Shown: piece by piece, positions 40,803 to 55,025 of the stretch
Layout of the letters: each line of letters starts with the position of its first letter
Numbering within the stretch: the first letter of the stretch is position 1
From: Eledone cirrhosa
Taxonomy: Eukaryota
Direction: 5' to 3'
Length of the DNA: 64,000 nucleotides
Assembly: GCA_964016885.1 (NCBI GenBank)
Contig: OZ024758.1
Coordinates: 17,980,001-18,044,000 of the forward strand
Position numbers and translations under genes: made by a program
The notes under the pieces: model-generated
Database searches by the model: none
Told to the model about the DNA's origin: nothing
What the model saw: the letters and a program-made list of their open reading frames with translations, nothing else

Positions 40803-40812
<10 letters not shown>
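40563..40812 (-). mobile_element. Family C fold-back element interrupted by (TA)n
   Basis: Tail 40563-40628, inverted arms 40687-40812 with decayed hammerhead cores. Confidence 0.7.
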
Positions 40813-40841
<29 letters not shown>

Positions 40842-40845
<4 letters not shown>

Positions 40846-41210
40846 TCATTTCTGCAGCTGAGTAAACTGGAGCAATGTGAAATAAAGTGTCTTGCTCAAG
40901 GAAACAACACATCACCCGGAGTTCAATTCTCAGACCGAGTGATGTGTTGTTTCCTTGAGCAAGACACTTTATTTCACATTGCTCCAGTTTACTCAGCTGT
41001 AGAAATGAGATGATAGGGACTGGGGTCCATATCATTCCACTGCAAAGTGGTCGTGGAGGTGTCACGGCAAAAAAGCACCCAGCACTCACTGTAAATAAGG
41101 TTGGTGTTAGGAAGAGCATCCAGCTGTAGAAATCAAGCCAGAATCAGTTCCCGTCCCACCCTTGCAAGCAGGGAAAAAGCGGACGTAAAATGTAATGATG
41201 ATGATGATGA

Positions 41211-41212
<2 letters not shown>
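40842..41212 (+). mobile_element. SINE-B body hairpin plus RTE-type SINE tail
   Basis: Inverted arms 40842-40917 / 40935-41011; then GGTTGGTGTTAGGAAGAGCATCCAGC...GCGGACGTAAAATG(ATG)n. Confidence 0.7.
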
Positions 41213-41241
<29 letters not shown>

Positions 41242-41654
41242 GTATATATATATATTAGATGCCTTGTTTATAAGTGTTCTTAATAATGTGGGAGTGTATT
41301 GGGTGTTGTATATATATATGTTGTGGTGCTAGTCATCAGGGAAGGGGTGTGACAGTACATCGAGTCAATAGGCAGGTACATGGCTACTCCATCAGTAGCC
41401 ACACCAACATATAGAGTGTAATCAACAATGTCAGCAAGTTCATGGACTACAGTAATGGCGACAGCATATGTCGATAATACTATTTAGAGTTACTTCCCTT
41501 GTGGTGCCCGCCAATGTCTGTCTTTTGCAAAGGAACTTCTAGTAATCGAAATAGAGTCAACTTAAATAACGATGTCATATATCGTTAAACTCATATATTT
41601 CTTCATTGTACAGAGTTATATGTTTTGTTGTATCTACTAAACTTCTTGCATACA

Positions 41655-41685
<31 letters not shown>

Positions 41686-41844
41686 GTACACACACATACA
41701 CACACACACACAGAGGCAGACATACAGACACCGTCTCACACACACACACACACACATAAATTAGTAATTCATTATGTGTACGGACATACATGGAAAACAA
41801 ACTCACATTCACGAACACACCCATACATACAACCACACACACAA

Positions 41845-41945
<101 letters not shown>

Positions 41946-41950
41946 GAGAG

Positions 41951-42411
41951 GTTATATTTAATTTGTTTGGCTACAACTAGCTTAAAAATATTTTTATAAC
42001 TGATATATAGCACTCAAAAAATTATTGCAGTAAATATACAACATATTAACAAATGGAAACTATATTTATAAAACCATATTTATTTTATTATACATATATC
42101 AAGGGCCACCAAGGCAAATTATGGTGCGCCTTCATCAGATAAAACACAATACAGATTAGTTTTATAAATAAATATTATAAATAAATATCGTCAAAAAAGA
42201 CGACCTTAACGGTTGGAGCTTCCTGGAAGCTCCAACCGTTAAGGTTGTCTTTTTTCAGGGTATGTCAATATTTATTTATAAAAGTAATCTGTATTGTATT
42301 TTATCTGATGAAGGCGCACCATAATTTGTCTCGGTGGCCCTTGATATATGTATAATAAAATAAATATAGTTTTATAAATATAGTTTCCATTTGTTAATAT
42401 ATTGTATATAT
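41951..42411 (-). mobile_element. Family A-like fold-back element
   Basis: Arms ~42034-42223 / 42225-42411 centred on 42224; tail to the left; hammerhead 42299-42360 with GAAA>GATA in both arms. Confidence 0.8.
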
Positions 42412-42664
42412 GTATATTTGTATATATGGTGTGTGTGTATGTGAACGTGTCTATGTATTTAGTATTTATATGCATGTGTTTGCGTGTATGTGTTCGTGTA
42501 TTTGCGTTGTTTGTTCGTGTGTGTAGTGTCTGTCCATAATGGATTACTTATGTGTGTGTATGAAGGTGTATGTGCATTAATATGCATATGTTTGCGTCTG
42601 TGTGTTTGTATATATGTGTTTTGTGCGTGTGTATCCTTTCTCTCTCTGTGTGTGTGTGTGTATC

Positions 42665-42703
<39 letters not shown>

Positions 42704-44191
42704 TGTATATGCTCATAATGGATTACGTATTCTGTTATGTCAAATCATAGACAAAATTTGTAAAACCAATACATTTTTGGTGAGTAATTATTATTCCAGC
42801 AAAGAATATGTTACTGTATCCTCATATAAAAAACAACATGATCAAATATAAAATTAAATCTTGCAAAGCTTCACCATACAACCTTTCCTAGAGTTATTTT
42901 ATATGTGTTTTCTGGGAAGTAAAATAATAAAAAAAAAAACATGTCTATTATTTTATTATATCGTCCCTCTCAAAAGAAAGATAAAATATAATAGAAAGTG
43001 AAATATAAAAAAAAAATGTTACATCCTTTAAAAATCATAATTATCGTATTTCGCACAAAACGACCGTCATAAAATGTTGCAGAATACGATATAACGAATA
43101 AAAGACTCTATAAACAACGAATAACAAGTGTTTACGTAGAATACGTAAGCTCTTGAATAAAGGATCATAAATCATAGCTCTGGTAATGTATGTCATGAAC
43201 GCTGTAAAAGTGCCTTATAGGGGATAAATCAATGTTCTTGAAAAGATGTTGTAGTGAGGTAAATGTGTTAGAAAACCATTTAAATTTGCTAGTTCAGTAA
43301 TGGGATATTGACAATAGAGTTACTGTAGCTGCCTGATTTAAAGCTGTATAATAACAACCAGCTATTGTGGGTTTTAACATTAATTACAAAACTAAATTAC
43401 AGTAGAATGGCAAAATTTGTCAGTGTGCTTGATAGAGTGTTTAATCTTCGTTCTTTTCATCAATATGTTCCCTGTATCTTTCACGATCACATATATGGTT
43501 AGTTCAGGATAATATCACCACTTCTTAAAATTCACGATGCATATTGCTTTAATGCACAGTGTTGTTTTTTCTTAGGCATTTCAGAATACGAATACATTTT
43601 TTTTTTGTATGCAGGAAAGTTATATCCGTGTCAAAAGAGAAAATGACAGACTGTAAAATACTTAACGATGTATGAAATATCAACACCAGTTGTTCATCAT
43701 GTCGAGTATTTACTTCACGTTTTCAGCAGGGTCAGATCTAACTTAGCATTATATTATTTTATTATAGAACAGTAAATATTTTATAACATAAAGTTGAAGT
43801 ATGGAACTCGTTTTGGGGTAAGACACTTTATCTATTCTGTCAACGTCCCTATTTAATTGACTTTTAATATTTGAATGCCATAGCTGAAACACATTCACAA
43901 GATATAAATACAGTAAGTAAACAAATGTAAGTAATGTCCTAAGAATATTTCTTTGCCACTTTTACAATTCTACCAATAATCCATTGTACAATTACCAAAT
44001 GTTTCATCAGTTTTCAGATGTGTAACTAAATAATTCACAACGTAGTTAAACGCATTGAGAATATTTATCATAATAATGAGTCCATCGTCAAATACCGAAT
44101 TGTAATAAGTTAAACGCAATATTTACCAAAAGAATATCACATAAATTGAAACATTTAAATTAACTCTCAAAGTGAAACAGTTACATACATT

Positions 44192-44413
44192 AAGGCTCTG
44201 AGCTAGCAAGCTGCAGGTGTGATTCTCGCGAGATGAAATGGCTCTTCCAGCGCGTCTCCCTTACCATTCTCCGGGCAAACGCCTTCTCCATTCTGTCCGC
44301 CTGGGCTGTGGGGAGGTCATCACGTGCGACCCCATTTGCACACCATACAGAGAGATGGGGAGGGCGTGAGAGATGGAGGCGATGACATTGGGGGTTCGGC
44401 TCTTCCACATTCG
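44192..44413 (+). mobile_element. CRE-like (restriction-like endonuclease) non-LTR retrotransposon 3' end
   Basis: From 44221 DSREMKWLFQRVSLTILRANAFSILSA resembles the recalled QR(I/L)S.A..RGNA..(I/V)L C-terminal motif. Confidence 0.65.
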
Positions 44414-45567
44414 TAACATATCCATGTGGTTGTGTTTATCGCTACAGTATTAATAAATATACTTCATATTTCATGAACATGCCTATAATCTACTAACGTA
44501 TTGAGTATATATCCGAACTCTTTTATCAGTGAATGTTTTCATTTAGTATTGAATATCACTAAGTCCATTGCGAAATACATGTTTCGAAATGAGAATTATA
44601 GGCTGATGTATATATAGCAATCCGATTTGATTTATGAAAATTACTCATTAATATGTACGTTCCTTTAAATTATTTAAAATATATAATGAAACAGATGTGT
44701 AAGTAGATATATGAAATAAACGTAAATACAAATATGTAAGGAGGATTTTGTAATCTAAATTGCTCTATTACATAGACAATATTCATTGACAGGCGATTCA
44801 ATTTGATGTTCATAAAATCTATTACATCTTTTTTATGATGTGTATTCATAATTTTATCAGTTCATTTCTTTGAAATTTCCGAGGCCTCAATTTCAGACAT
44901 AAAAATAATAACTAGACACCAATAATAAACATAATAAACTATATTTATTTCGATGGTTGCTAATGTTAAAGATTTAAAAAATTAAATACATGGGTTGTCT
45001 TGCAAATTGAATCGATACATCTATAAAATATATAAGAATTTATAATACGGGAATGAATACATGATGACTTTATTGGAAAAGGAAACGAGATAGTTTTACA
45101 GATATTTTGTGTGAAAGATATTAATGATATACAATTAGGAATGAAAACTCAGATCAAATGTTTAACTAATGTTTATTAGATATGATCACTATAGTGTAAA
45201 TAAATACTAAGACGTTTTCTTTAAATTTTCGTCAGACTGGATAACAGATCTGGATTTGTACAACAGGGTAACATGGTGTGTATTAGATGTCCATTGTATC
45301 CGAGGATCAGTGTTCTAGATTGTCAAACAACGAAACAGTCTGCTTGTGAAATTAACTTGCAGCTATCTAATCTTTCTACCGGGTCATGCACTTTGAACTT
45401 ACTTCTCAGGAACATTTATTGTAATACATAGTACAGTATGTGTCAGAGCTGGTCTTTTGAATTACAAACCCAACACATGTTTGCCCGCTGACTGGACTTG
45501 AATAACGTAAATTAAAATGACATGCTCAATGGTACAACTTGCTGCCTGGGATCAGACTAATGGCATA

Positions 45568-45792
45568 CCGCCAAGGTTAACTTTGCCTTTCATCTTTTAG
45601 GGATCGATAAAATAAAGTACCAGTAATGCACTGGGATAATCGCTGGCCTTGTGACAAAAATAGAAACAATTATATACTATCTAATCCCACCGAGCTTAAC
45701 TTTGCATTTCATCCTTACGGGGTCGATAAAATAAAGTATCAGTAATGCACTGGGATAATTGCTGGCCTTGTGCCAAGAAGTAGAAACAATTA
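45568..45792 (+). mobile_element. SINE-A, two tandem 5'-truncated copies
   Basis: 45568-45672 and 45683-45792. Confidence 0.8.
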
Positions 45793-46300
45793 TTTACTAT
45801 CGATTATTCTCAAATTCACTTAAACAATTATTATCGTGCATGGAACATCTTCAGCTTTAATCAAAATGGCTCTATACACCAGTGAGAACTCTTCAGAATG
45901 CACTAAATAGCTGGGTGTGCTTGTTAGACAATATGACAGATCAAGCTGCCTTGCCTATCCTTTTTGTAATGATGTAACCCCTCTGTGAAATTCCAGGAAG
46001 ACCCCCACCTAGTAGGTAGAGTGTGTCTCAGCTAATTATATGATATGATATGAACGGGACTAATGATATGATATGAACGAGACATGTTTATGCCGAATAG
46101 ATGTAACTATATCCTTTAACGTTACTTTTAATGTTTCGTAAGTAAAATAGATCTGTGTCATTTTAGCTGATTCCTACACAAACGCACACACAAGCTTAAA
46201 CATATAAACACACCAAAACAATACACACACACTCTTAAACAAAGCGAGAATTAGCTGGACGACTACATATAAATAGTAGCGGCCTGAGTAAGTGGGCAAG

Positions 46301-46539
46301 AAGTTGGTACTAGTTCAACAGTTCGTGTGTTGATAGTCAGAGTTGGTACTAGTTTCACAGTTCATGTGTTGATAGTCGAAGTTGGTACTAGTTCCACAGC
46401 TCTTGTGCTGATAGTCAAAATTAGTACTAGTTCCACAGTTCGTGTGTTGATAGTCAAAGTTGGTAATAGTTCCACAGTTCGTTTGTTGATAGTCAAAGTT
46501 GGTAATAGTTCAACAGTTCGCGGTTGATAGTCAAAGTTC
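46301..46539. repeat. Minisatellite 6 x 39 bp
   Basis: AAGTTGGTACTAGTTCCACAGTTCGTGTGTTGATAGTCA units at 46301, 46340, 46379, 46418, 46457, 46496. Confidence 0.95.
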
Positions 46540-49188
46540 AAGATCACAGTTCGAGTTAGCGTGTTGGATTGTTGGTTCTTAAAAGGTTGTTGTTCCGTTA
46601 CGTGTGGTTATTGCCGTTTGTTTCGATTATATTATTACGCTGTTGCAGTGTATTCGTTTATCCATAAGTACATAACACATACACACCCATATACATATGA
46701 AAAATGCATAAACGAGAATGTTATCCGATGTAAATAGATCAAAATGATTAGTTAAACATTCAGTCATATGTCCAAGCAACGACGAACGTGCACAGAAACG
46801 CACAGGATATGAAGCTAGATACATTACACATATATTCTCATTTATCCATATATATACTAATTTAAGTTAATGGTTTTCAAGTATTCGTATTGCACAAAAT
46901 CGTGATTTAATGTTTTTTCATGTAATATCCTGTTCCCTATTACTATTGATGATCCGGTTTTCTGGATGAATAAATATTTTAATATGCTTAAATATTTGCC
47001 TCACATGTTTTCGCTTCACAGATTACTGCATCTGTATTGACATGTGTCGAATCTATACGAATGTGGCTGTTTGTGTTTGAATATTGTGTTATTGGAGTGT
47101 ATTAATAACATTCTCAATTTTTTCCATAAATGCAATCGATAACAATTTGTATAAATTTTCTTTTATTTTCGTTTAAATATAAATTCGTTTTTTTCTCCTT
47201 TTTTGTGTTTGTTTTACAAGGGATTTATAATACTTAATGAGGAACATATATATATAACATGCTACCTATATGTCGAACTACAATTCCTCGCAATATGCTA
47301 TGGTGTATCATCTTAAATAGCTGTTTTAAGTGGATTCCTGTGTATCAATTACTGTTATTTATTCATCCATATAACTCTAGAATGTTTATTTAAAATTTGA
47401 TAGGAATAAAATAGAGCAAATAATCACGCAAGTATTAAATATAAAATCTTACAAAATAGTTTACAACGAATGTAAAACTATCAGGAATATATAATATTGG
47501 CAAAAATATAATATATGGTTAAATTATCTTTCATATCATTATATTTATATTTGTTGTCTATCTGTATCAAATATTTCAAATTTACTATATTTATGAATAT
47601 AAATTAGCAGTTACATTCATTTTCGATGACAGAACATTTTTCTTTGTTCAACTTAACATGAAATTATGATATGGAATTTTGATATATTTTTAAGTATATC
47701 AACGTAAAAATATAATTATTATTTAAATGTTCATGGTATAACAAATACTTTATACGATATAAAAAAAGGGATTAAACTGAAATATTCCATTATATATTAA
47801 ATGTAGTAGAGTCTTAACGAAATTCATCTAAAAATACACCATTCTCATGTAACATTTGCTATCGATGTATATAGAACCTGTAATACTAGTATGTCAAATA
47901 TAAAATGAGCGTCTCGTGTATCAGATGGGTAAAGCCATGTTTTATTGATAGCAAAAATAATACTGATATTATTTTGTCGACTCTATAATAATGTAAAACA
48001 GAACTATCCTTTGAATATTGAAAGGAAACGCAAGGTATGCAATTTGTCTTTCAGGTTATCTATCAAAACACAACCAGTGAATGTTATTTGTAAAACAGAG
48101 AAGTAATTTTACGTCTATGGAAGAACATCTGGAATATTCTCAATGATAAATGTTTGCGTTCATTATGGATTTACCCTATTCAAGTTGCTTCAATAACATA
48201 CATAAAATAACTCCTTTTGCTACGTTAGGGAAAGAGTCGTAACATTCATTACATAAGTAGTTATTCGCTAGATAGAATGACAGAGAGGAAAGAAGATATA
48301 TAGGAGATAGGAGTAGAAATAATAAGATAGACTAGGTGGAGCATAAAAGAAAGCAGGAAAAATTATACAGGGGCAAGGAACGTTACAGACCTTTAGAAAA
48401 GGGATCGTTTCAAACCAGAGCTAGCTGCTTGAATTGTTACCAGAAACGAGATATGTAGCAAGGAGTGAGGAAAAAAGGACACGGTGTGGGCGCTTGTAGA
48501 ACGCCAAAAGTGCGAGACTTCGCCCTGGTAACTATTGACCTAATGCTGTTTTATTTTATTGTGGGTAAGCACAAGCATGCAATGTATTCAGTGTAGGGAG
48601 TGACAATGGCTGAAGAGCAATGCATGTGTCTATGTGTCTATATAGGTATGTGAGCAATGCATATACAAAAGCACACATGAAATATCAGTCAATATTATAT
48701 TAACCTATATATGTACAAAGATTCAGGCACACAAGTAAATACATTCTTTATGTATTGCAGAAGTATAACGCCAATGCTGCACGCATGCATATCATCGCGT
48801 GCATGTATATGTGGTCAAGAAGATCATAAGGAAACCTCGTAAAGGAAACACAATTCTTTTGACATTTTCATAGACGTGAATATATAAAATTGTCTAAATG
48901 TTTTAAATAAAATCCTACGTAAATATTCTGTTGGAAATCTATTCGGGAGATTTGTATACTGACACATAAGAAACGAATATTGAAAATAACAGCATAGTAG
49001 CAACTGAAATACAAGGAATGTTATTTACGGAGGCAATACAATTATAGATGAAGAAAAATGGTTTCTTAAATATAGATGAACAATATGTGAAATATGTAAG
49101 GGTTACACACGTAAACATAGAATTTTCTTTTCACGATCGAGAAATATATAAGTAGTATATGTTCAAACTCTTACGTACACAAACATAC

Positions 49189-49264
<76 letters not shown>

Positions 49265-49847
49265 AGAGAGAGAGAGAGAGATAGATGTGTATATATAGAT
49301 AGATATGTACACATATATATATAGATATATATGTACACACACACATATATATATATATATTGATATATATATATGTGTGTGCGTGTGTGTGTGTGTGTGG
49401 TGGGGTGCATAGATACACGAATATGAATGTAGATAAATATATCTGTATACATGTGTGCAGGTGTATAGATGTAGGTATTTGTATTTATGCGTAAATTGAT
49501 GTGTTGAATCCATTGTCAGGTTTTGCACATTATTCTATCGAATGTTTTGAAAAACGTGTGAATAATTAGAATGTAAAAAAAGTACACATCGAAATAAATT
49601 GGTGCATTTAAGAATATTTTCAATACTTGATGACCGCAATTATAACATTGGTTGTTGTACCCATAATTGGATAAAACAATGCAATTACTTTTCACCAACA
49701 TATACACGAGTATTCCACACAATCTATATAATAAAAATATGACGAGGTTGAAACGCGTAAAGATGGGTGCGTACATAGCTTTCTAAACATACATATGCAG
49801 GGATAAATATATCAACACATGTACACGTAAACAGACGAGCACACACC

Positions 49848-49922
<75 letters not shown>

Positions 49923-50709
49923 GCATATATACGCAACTGTTTGCGTGTTTGTTTGTGTGTGGGGTGCTTGTGTGTTTGCGTTTGTTTGTGTTTGCTTGTG
50001 TGTGTTTGGGTCTTTGTGTGTGTGTTGTTGTGTGTTCATGTATTTTCGTATGTGTGTGTCTGTGTGCATGTGTGTGTGTGTACATGTGTGTGTAAGTTTG
50101 TGCGTTTGTATGTGTGTGTGATTGTGTATGTGTGTTTGCATGTGTTTGTGTTGTTTCTGTACGTGCGATTGAATGCCTTTGTGTGTGTGTTTGCGTATCC
50201 TTGTGTGTATGTATATGTGTGTATGTGTGTCTGTATGCTTGTGTGTGTTTGTGTTTGCGTGCGATTTTATATATGTGTGCCTGTATTTTCAAAATGTCAG
50301 TGTAAAATTACCAATATTTTCAAATATACCTATATCTATAATTGTACAGCGAACATTTGCTCTTTTCTACTAAAATATATACTTAGAACAAATACAAAAG
50401 TAATAATAAAGATAAATACAACGCAACTTTTACTCCAAAATAAATATCTATTTCCAGTTTTATTTGTTTTAAAATCTACAGATGTTATTGTTTAATTATT
50501 TCCCCAGCTCTTTAAGTTTCATTTCACCCATATCAATATAAACTATTCTTATCTAAAACAAACATACGAAGATTTTTTTCCTTGATACCTTGAACTCGTT
50601 ATGTGGCACCAGGTGGATTCTTTTCACGGAAACTGGTCGGGAGGGAGTGTCCCCGAGGCATGTATAAAGTTTAAGAAACCAATGTAGAACAGGAGTTTCT
50701 ACTGGAAGT

Positions 50710-50892
50710 ATGGATTAGTAGTATCGGTAGTGGGTCCATCGCCATGCTTTGATGCATAGAGTTACGGCCCTTGCCATTCTGCGTTCAAATCCCGCCGAGG
50801 TTAACTTCGTCTTTCATCCTTACGGGGTCGATAAAATAAAGTACCAGTAATACACTGGGTAATTGCTAGCCTTGTGCCAAAAGTAGAAACAA
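50710..50892 (+). mobile_element. SINE-A
   Basis: Matches consensus. Confidence 0.85.
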
Positions 50893-50956
50893 CTATCAAT
50901 GATGTTCCTCGATGCAAATATTGTAGGGAGGTGGGCATTGCCTTAATTACTTACAA

Positions 50957-51159
50957 CAGGGATGTCGCAATCTGAGGGTCCCCTAAGGGTTACTAGGGTC
51001 ATATATGTTTTGTCTGAGGGCCACACACGACAACCATTTGCGCATATTACAACTATTTAAAAAAAAATTATATTACGAAGATAAAACATGCTCGCACTGT
51101 AAATACCTTTGAGCGGGCCGCAGGTGTGTTTGAAAAGGGCCGCATGTTTGACATGTCTG
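50957..51159. mobile_element. hAT (Charlie-like) MITE
   Basis: Termini CAGGGATGTC / GACATGTCTG, GGGCCGCA subterminal motifs, 8-bp TSD ACTTACAA / TCTTACAA. Confidence 0.7.
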
Positions 51160-51189
51160 TCTTACAATATTATCGCTTCTACTGACCTA

Positions 51190-51525
51190 AATTATTTCGG
51201 GCTGACATCCAAGAGCTGCTGCCTGTCGTTGTGTGCAACACCTACTTCCAGTTCTATGGCTTATCAACACGCATTTCTGGGATCTGCCGATGGGGACCCA
51301 GATTCGTGTCTCATAGACATCACGTTAATCTATCATAACATATTACAGCGTTCAAAGCCTTTCGCCCTTGCTCCTTAATCTCCAGAAACGTGGATGATAT
51401 CCTGATGTTTAGTTCATCTCGTGAAGGAGCCATCAAGATTTACAACATATTTGAACAAATAGATCCACATTGAACATTGAGGTGGCGCCACCAGATGTCA
51501 CTGAATCCCTCTCTCTACTCGCGTG
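51190..51525 (+). pseudogene. Penelope-like reverse transcriptase fragment (frameshifted)
   Basis: DIQELLPVVVCNTYFQFYG / LPMGT / SRNVDDILMF...IFEQIDPH / SLSLL, in the order of PLE RT motifs (YF.F.G..Q..G..MG, RYVDD, HP.I.F, L.FLD). Confidence 0.7.
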
Positions 51526-51769
51526 TACAACAAGAACGCCAGAGAAATTATAGATATTTACTACATATTACAGGAAGTTGTCTACTGAGATATTTTGTAC
51601 ACCACGAAATAGTTCTTCCCTAACGACTTAAACCCACTTATAACTGCACAACAATAAAAGGGAGGAATCGTGGAATCTATAGAGGGTGGGTCCCGCATAA
51701 TCTATAAGTTCTCTAATTTCGCTGTAACATGTAGACACAGATTATCTAAATACTGTCTTTGTCTCCTTA

Positions 51770-51942
51770 ATAATTGTTTCTCCATTTGGCACCCAGTTCA
51801 TTACTAGTACTTAATTTTATCGACCCCGTAAGGATAAAAGGCAAAGTTAAACTCGGAGGGATTTGAACTCAGAATGGAAAAGGCTGTAACTCTATGCGTC
51901 AAACATGGCGTCCGACCCTCTACCGATTACTGCCAATCCACC
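51770..51942 (-). mobile_element. SINE-A
   Basis: Matches consensus. Confidence 0.85.
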
Positions 51943-52083
51943 GAGGCTACAGCTGACAGCATATACTTAATACATAATGATATCCATGACGTGGAGTGCT
52001 TACATATGATTACACCATATTGTAATGCCTAACCACTGATTAATGAATATATATATATATATATGTATACACACACACACACA

Positions 52084-52177
<94 letters not shown>

Positions 52178-52614
52178 GAGAGAGTTGCTTATGTATATTA
52201 TTGAATACAGAGGTGTGCACTAATGTGCTCGTTTTATCAAGTGTTTCATTTTTCGCATGATTAATATAGTCAGCTTTATCTGGAAACTTTTCTAATTCCA
52301 TACTTGTATTGTTAAGAAATCATTTCGAATCATGATGTTTTTAAATATATTTTGCAATAGAATTGATAAATCACTTTATTCATTACCAGATTGTTATCTG
52401 GAATATGTAATATGGTTTGTTGTTCAAGAACTGTTTTTGAATTTTGTATTGAAAAGTATATTACAATTTATTTATTATTTAATGTATTACATTTTGTTCT
52501 TTTGTTTAGAATTTGGCTTTTGTATGTATTCCTCTATTCATTGAGATTTTCATATACATTCATATAACGACTGTATGGAAATTTTGTTTATATATATACA
52601 TACATATATATATA

Positions 52615-53009
<395 letters not shown>

Positions 53010-54070
53010 CCTTTGCAATTGCACACATGTGTGTCTTGTCGTAAACGGATGTTCTATATGAATATGGAATATATCTTGTAATGTTCTAGATGTTGAGTTT
53101 TAAGCAAGCAATGTTTTAATGTATCCCTTTAGTTTATTGATTTCTTCTAGTCTGTTGCTTACTATATATACCTGGTATATTTTTATGTGTTTAGAATGGT
53201 TCTTCTTGACTATCTATTGTGGCCACATATGCCTCAGACGTTTACAGTAACCAGCTACTATCAAGTATATTATAAGCCATCATAAATAATTTTCTCATTT
53301 GCTGTTTCTATATATTATATAAAATAAGTTATGATTATCTGCCACTGAAGGTTTGAAATGTGCAATCTAGGTCTGAAGAAGTGATATTACTTTCTTTGCT
53401 TGTTCCTTCTAATATGTATAGACATTTGTCTTAACTGGTGTATGTTATAAAACAAACACCATCTACCTATAAAACCGAATGTTGTGTAAGTGTCATTATT
53501 GGATGATGTATCATGAAGATGTGAATTAAGCTTCAATGGGAGGAAATCAAACGATTTCGACTTTTCTGTTCACAATTGTAATAAGCTATCTAAGATTTAA
53601 ATTGGATGTTTCTCTGTTTCCCCACTATATTGCAGCGTCTCAATCACCGATATCATAATTTTCTGACACACACGAAGACTCTTCTTTTCTAAACTGCCTT
53701 TATTCGCCTCGTCATAAAATGTAGGTTTCTTTTCGAAGTTGGGGAGAACATTACTGAATTCAGCCAGTTGTTACAATAGTCAAAACAGCTCTGTGATTAT
53801 AACGACAGACAAAGTGACTACCCATTTCCAGTCACGAAATCCCTGTTCATTCAGTAGTCTTCTTCAACCCCACAACAACCAGATTCTATAAGAATCCAGC
53901 TTCTATAATTTTTGGCAAAGGCTGTTGACTGCGTGGCTTTGATAAACGCCAACCAGCGAGAAACAGTTGTCAGCCTCTCTCCCAGCCTTTGCTGAACATA
54001 TGTAAGTGACATAGTCACTACTTTGAAACTGGTAGCATACACACACACGGACACACATACACACACATAT

Positions 54071-54262
54071 ATTTAATATAGAAATGGCTTCTACAATTCT
54101 AGAACTGTTTCATTCGGTAGAAATCATCAGGAAGCCCTTGGTGATTTCTCCCGAATGAAACAGTTCTAATCCTGTAGAAGCCATTTCTATATAAAATATT
54201 TATACTCTGCTATGTATTGAGTACCTTACTTACTGTCGTTACCCCCGATTGAACCCGGGATA
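54071..54262 (+). mobile_element. Family C fold-back element with tail
   Basis: Arms 54074-54133 / 54136-54194, tail to 54262. Confidence 0.8.
54086..54136 (-). ncRNA. Type I hammerhead ribozyme
   Basis: Minus strand GGCTTC-CTGATGA-TTTC/TACC/GAAT-GAAA-CAG/loop/TTG-TA-GAAGCC. Confidence 0.75.
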
Positions 54263-54285
54263 AATACATACTCACACACACACAC

Positions 54286-54444
<159 letters not shown>

Positions 54445-54845
54445 ACCGGTGATACGGAATCTAGAAATTTAATTGTCTATATCAAAAGGCACAATTGAAC
54501 GTAGAATACATAAACAAGGTAAAAATCGATTGAACAAAGCAAAACGAGATATTTCTTTACAGAAAAGGTTAGAATTGTCGTTGACATTGTAAATTATTGT
54601 TTAGTTATTAAATCTAAGATTTTATTGTTAATATTATTGCTATTATTATTAATATTATTATTATTATCGTTGTTGTTGTTGTTATTAGCAGTATTATTTC
54701 ATTTACTGGCCACAAGGGCTGACATATAGGGGACAATACAAAGACAGGGACAATGGGGGTGTGGTTACTATAAATTTGAGTAAAAATAGACAATAACAAA
54801 AAACAAAACAATAAACAATGAAGAACATATAGTAATAATGATAAT

Positions 54846-55025
54846 AATAATTGTTTCGACATTTAGCAGAAGGCCAGCAATTACCCAAGTGCATTACTGT
54901 TACTTTATTTTATCGACCCAGTAAGGATGAAAGACAAGCTAACCTCGGCAGTGTTTCAACTGAAAACGTTAAGGGTTATGACTCTATGCTGCAAAGCATG
55001 ATGTCTGACGCTCTACCGATACTGC
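54846..55025 (-). mobile_element. SINE-A (diverged)
   Basis: Matches consensus. Confidence 0.75.

Noticed and set aside
45236-45275. Possible short host exon (polypyrimidine-CAG ... GTAAC; WITDLDLYNR)
   Set aside because: Splice-like signals are common by chance; peptide not recognised; needs RNA-seq
46301-46539. CRISPR array or 13-aa repeat protein
   Set aside because: Contiguous tandem units without spacers; last unit is 38 bp and breaks frame
53350-54030. Possible decayed DNA transposase
   Set aside because: Higher-complexity sequence but no convincing motif or termini by eye
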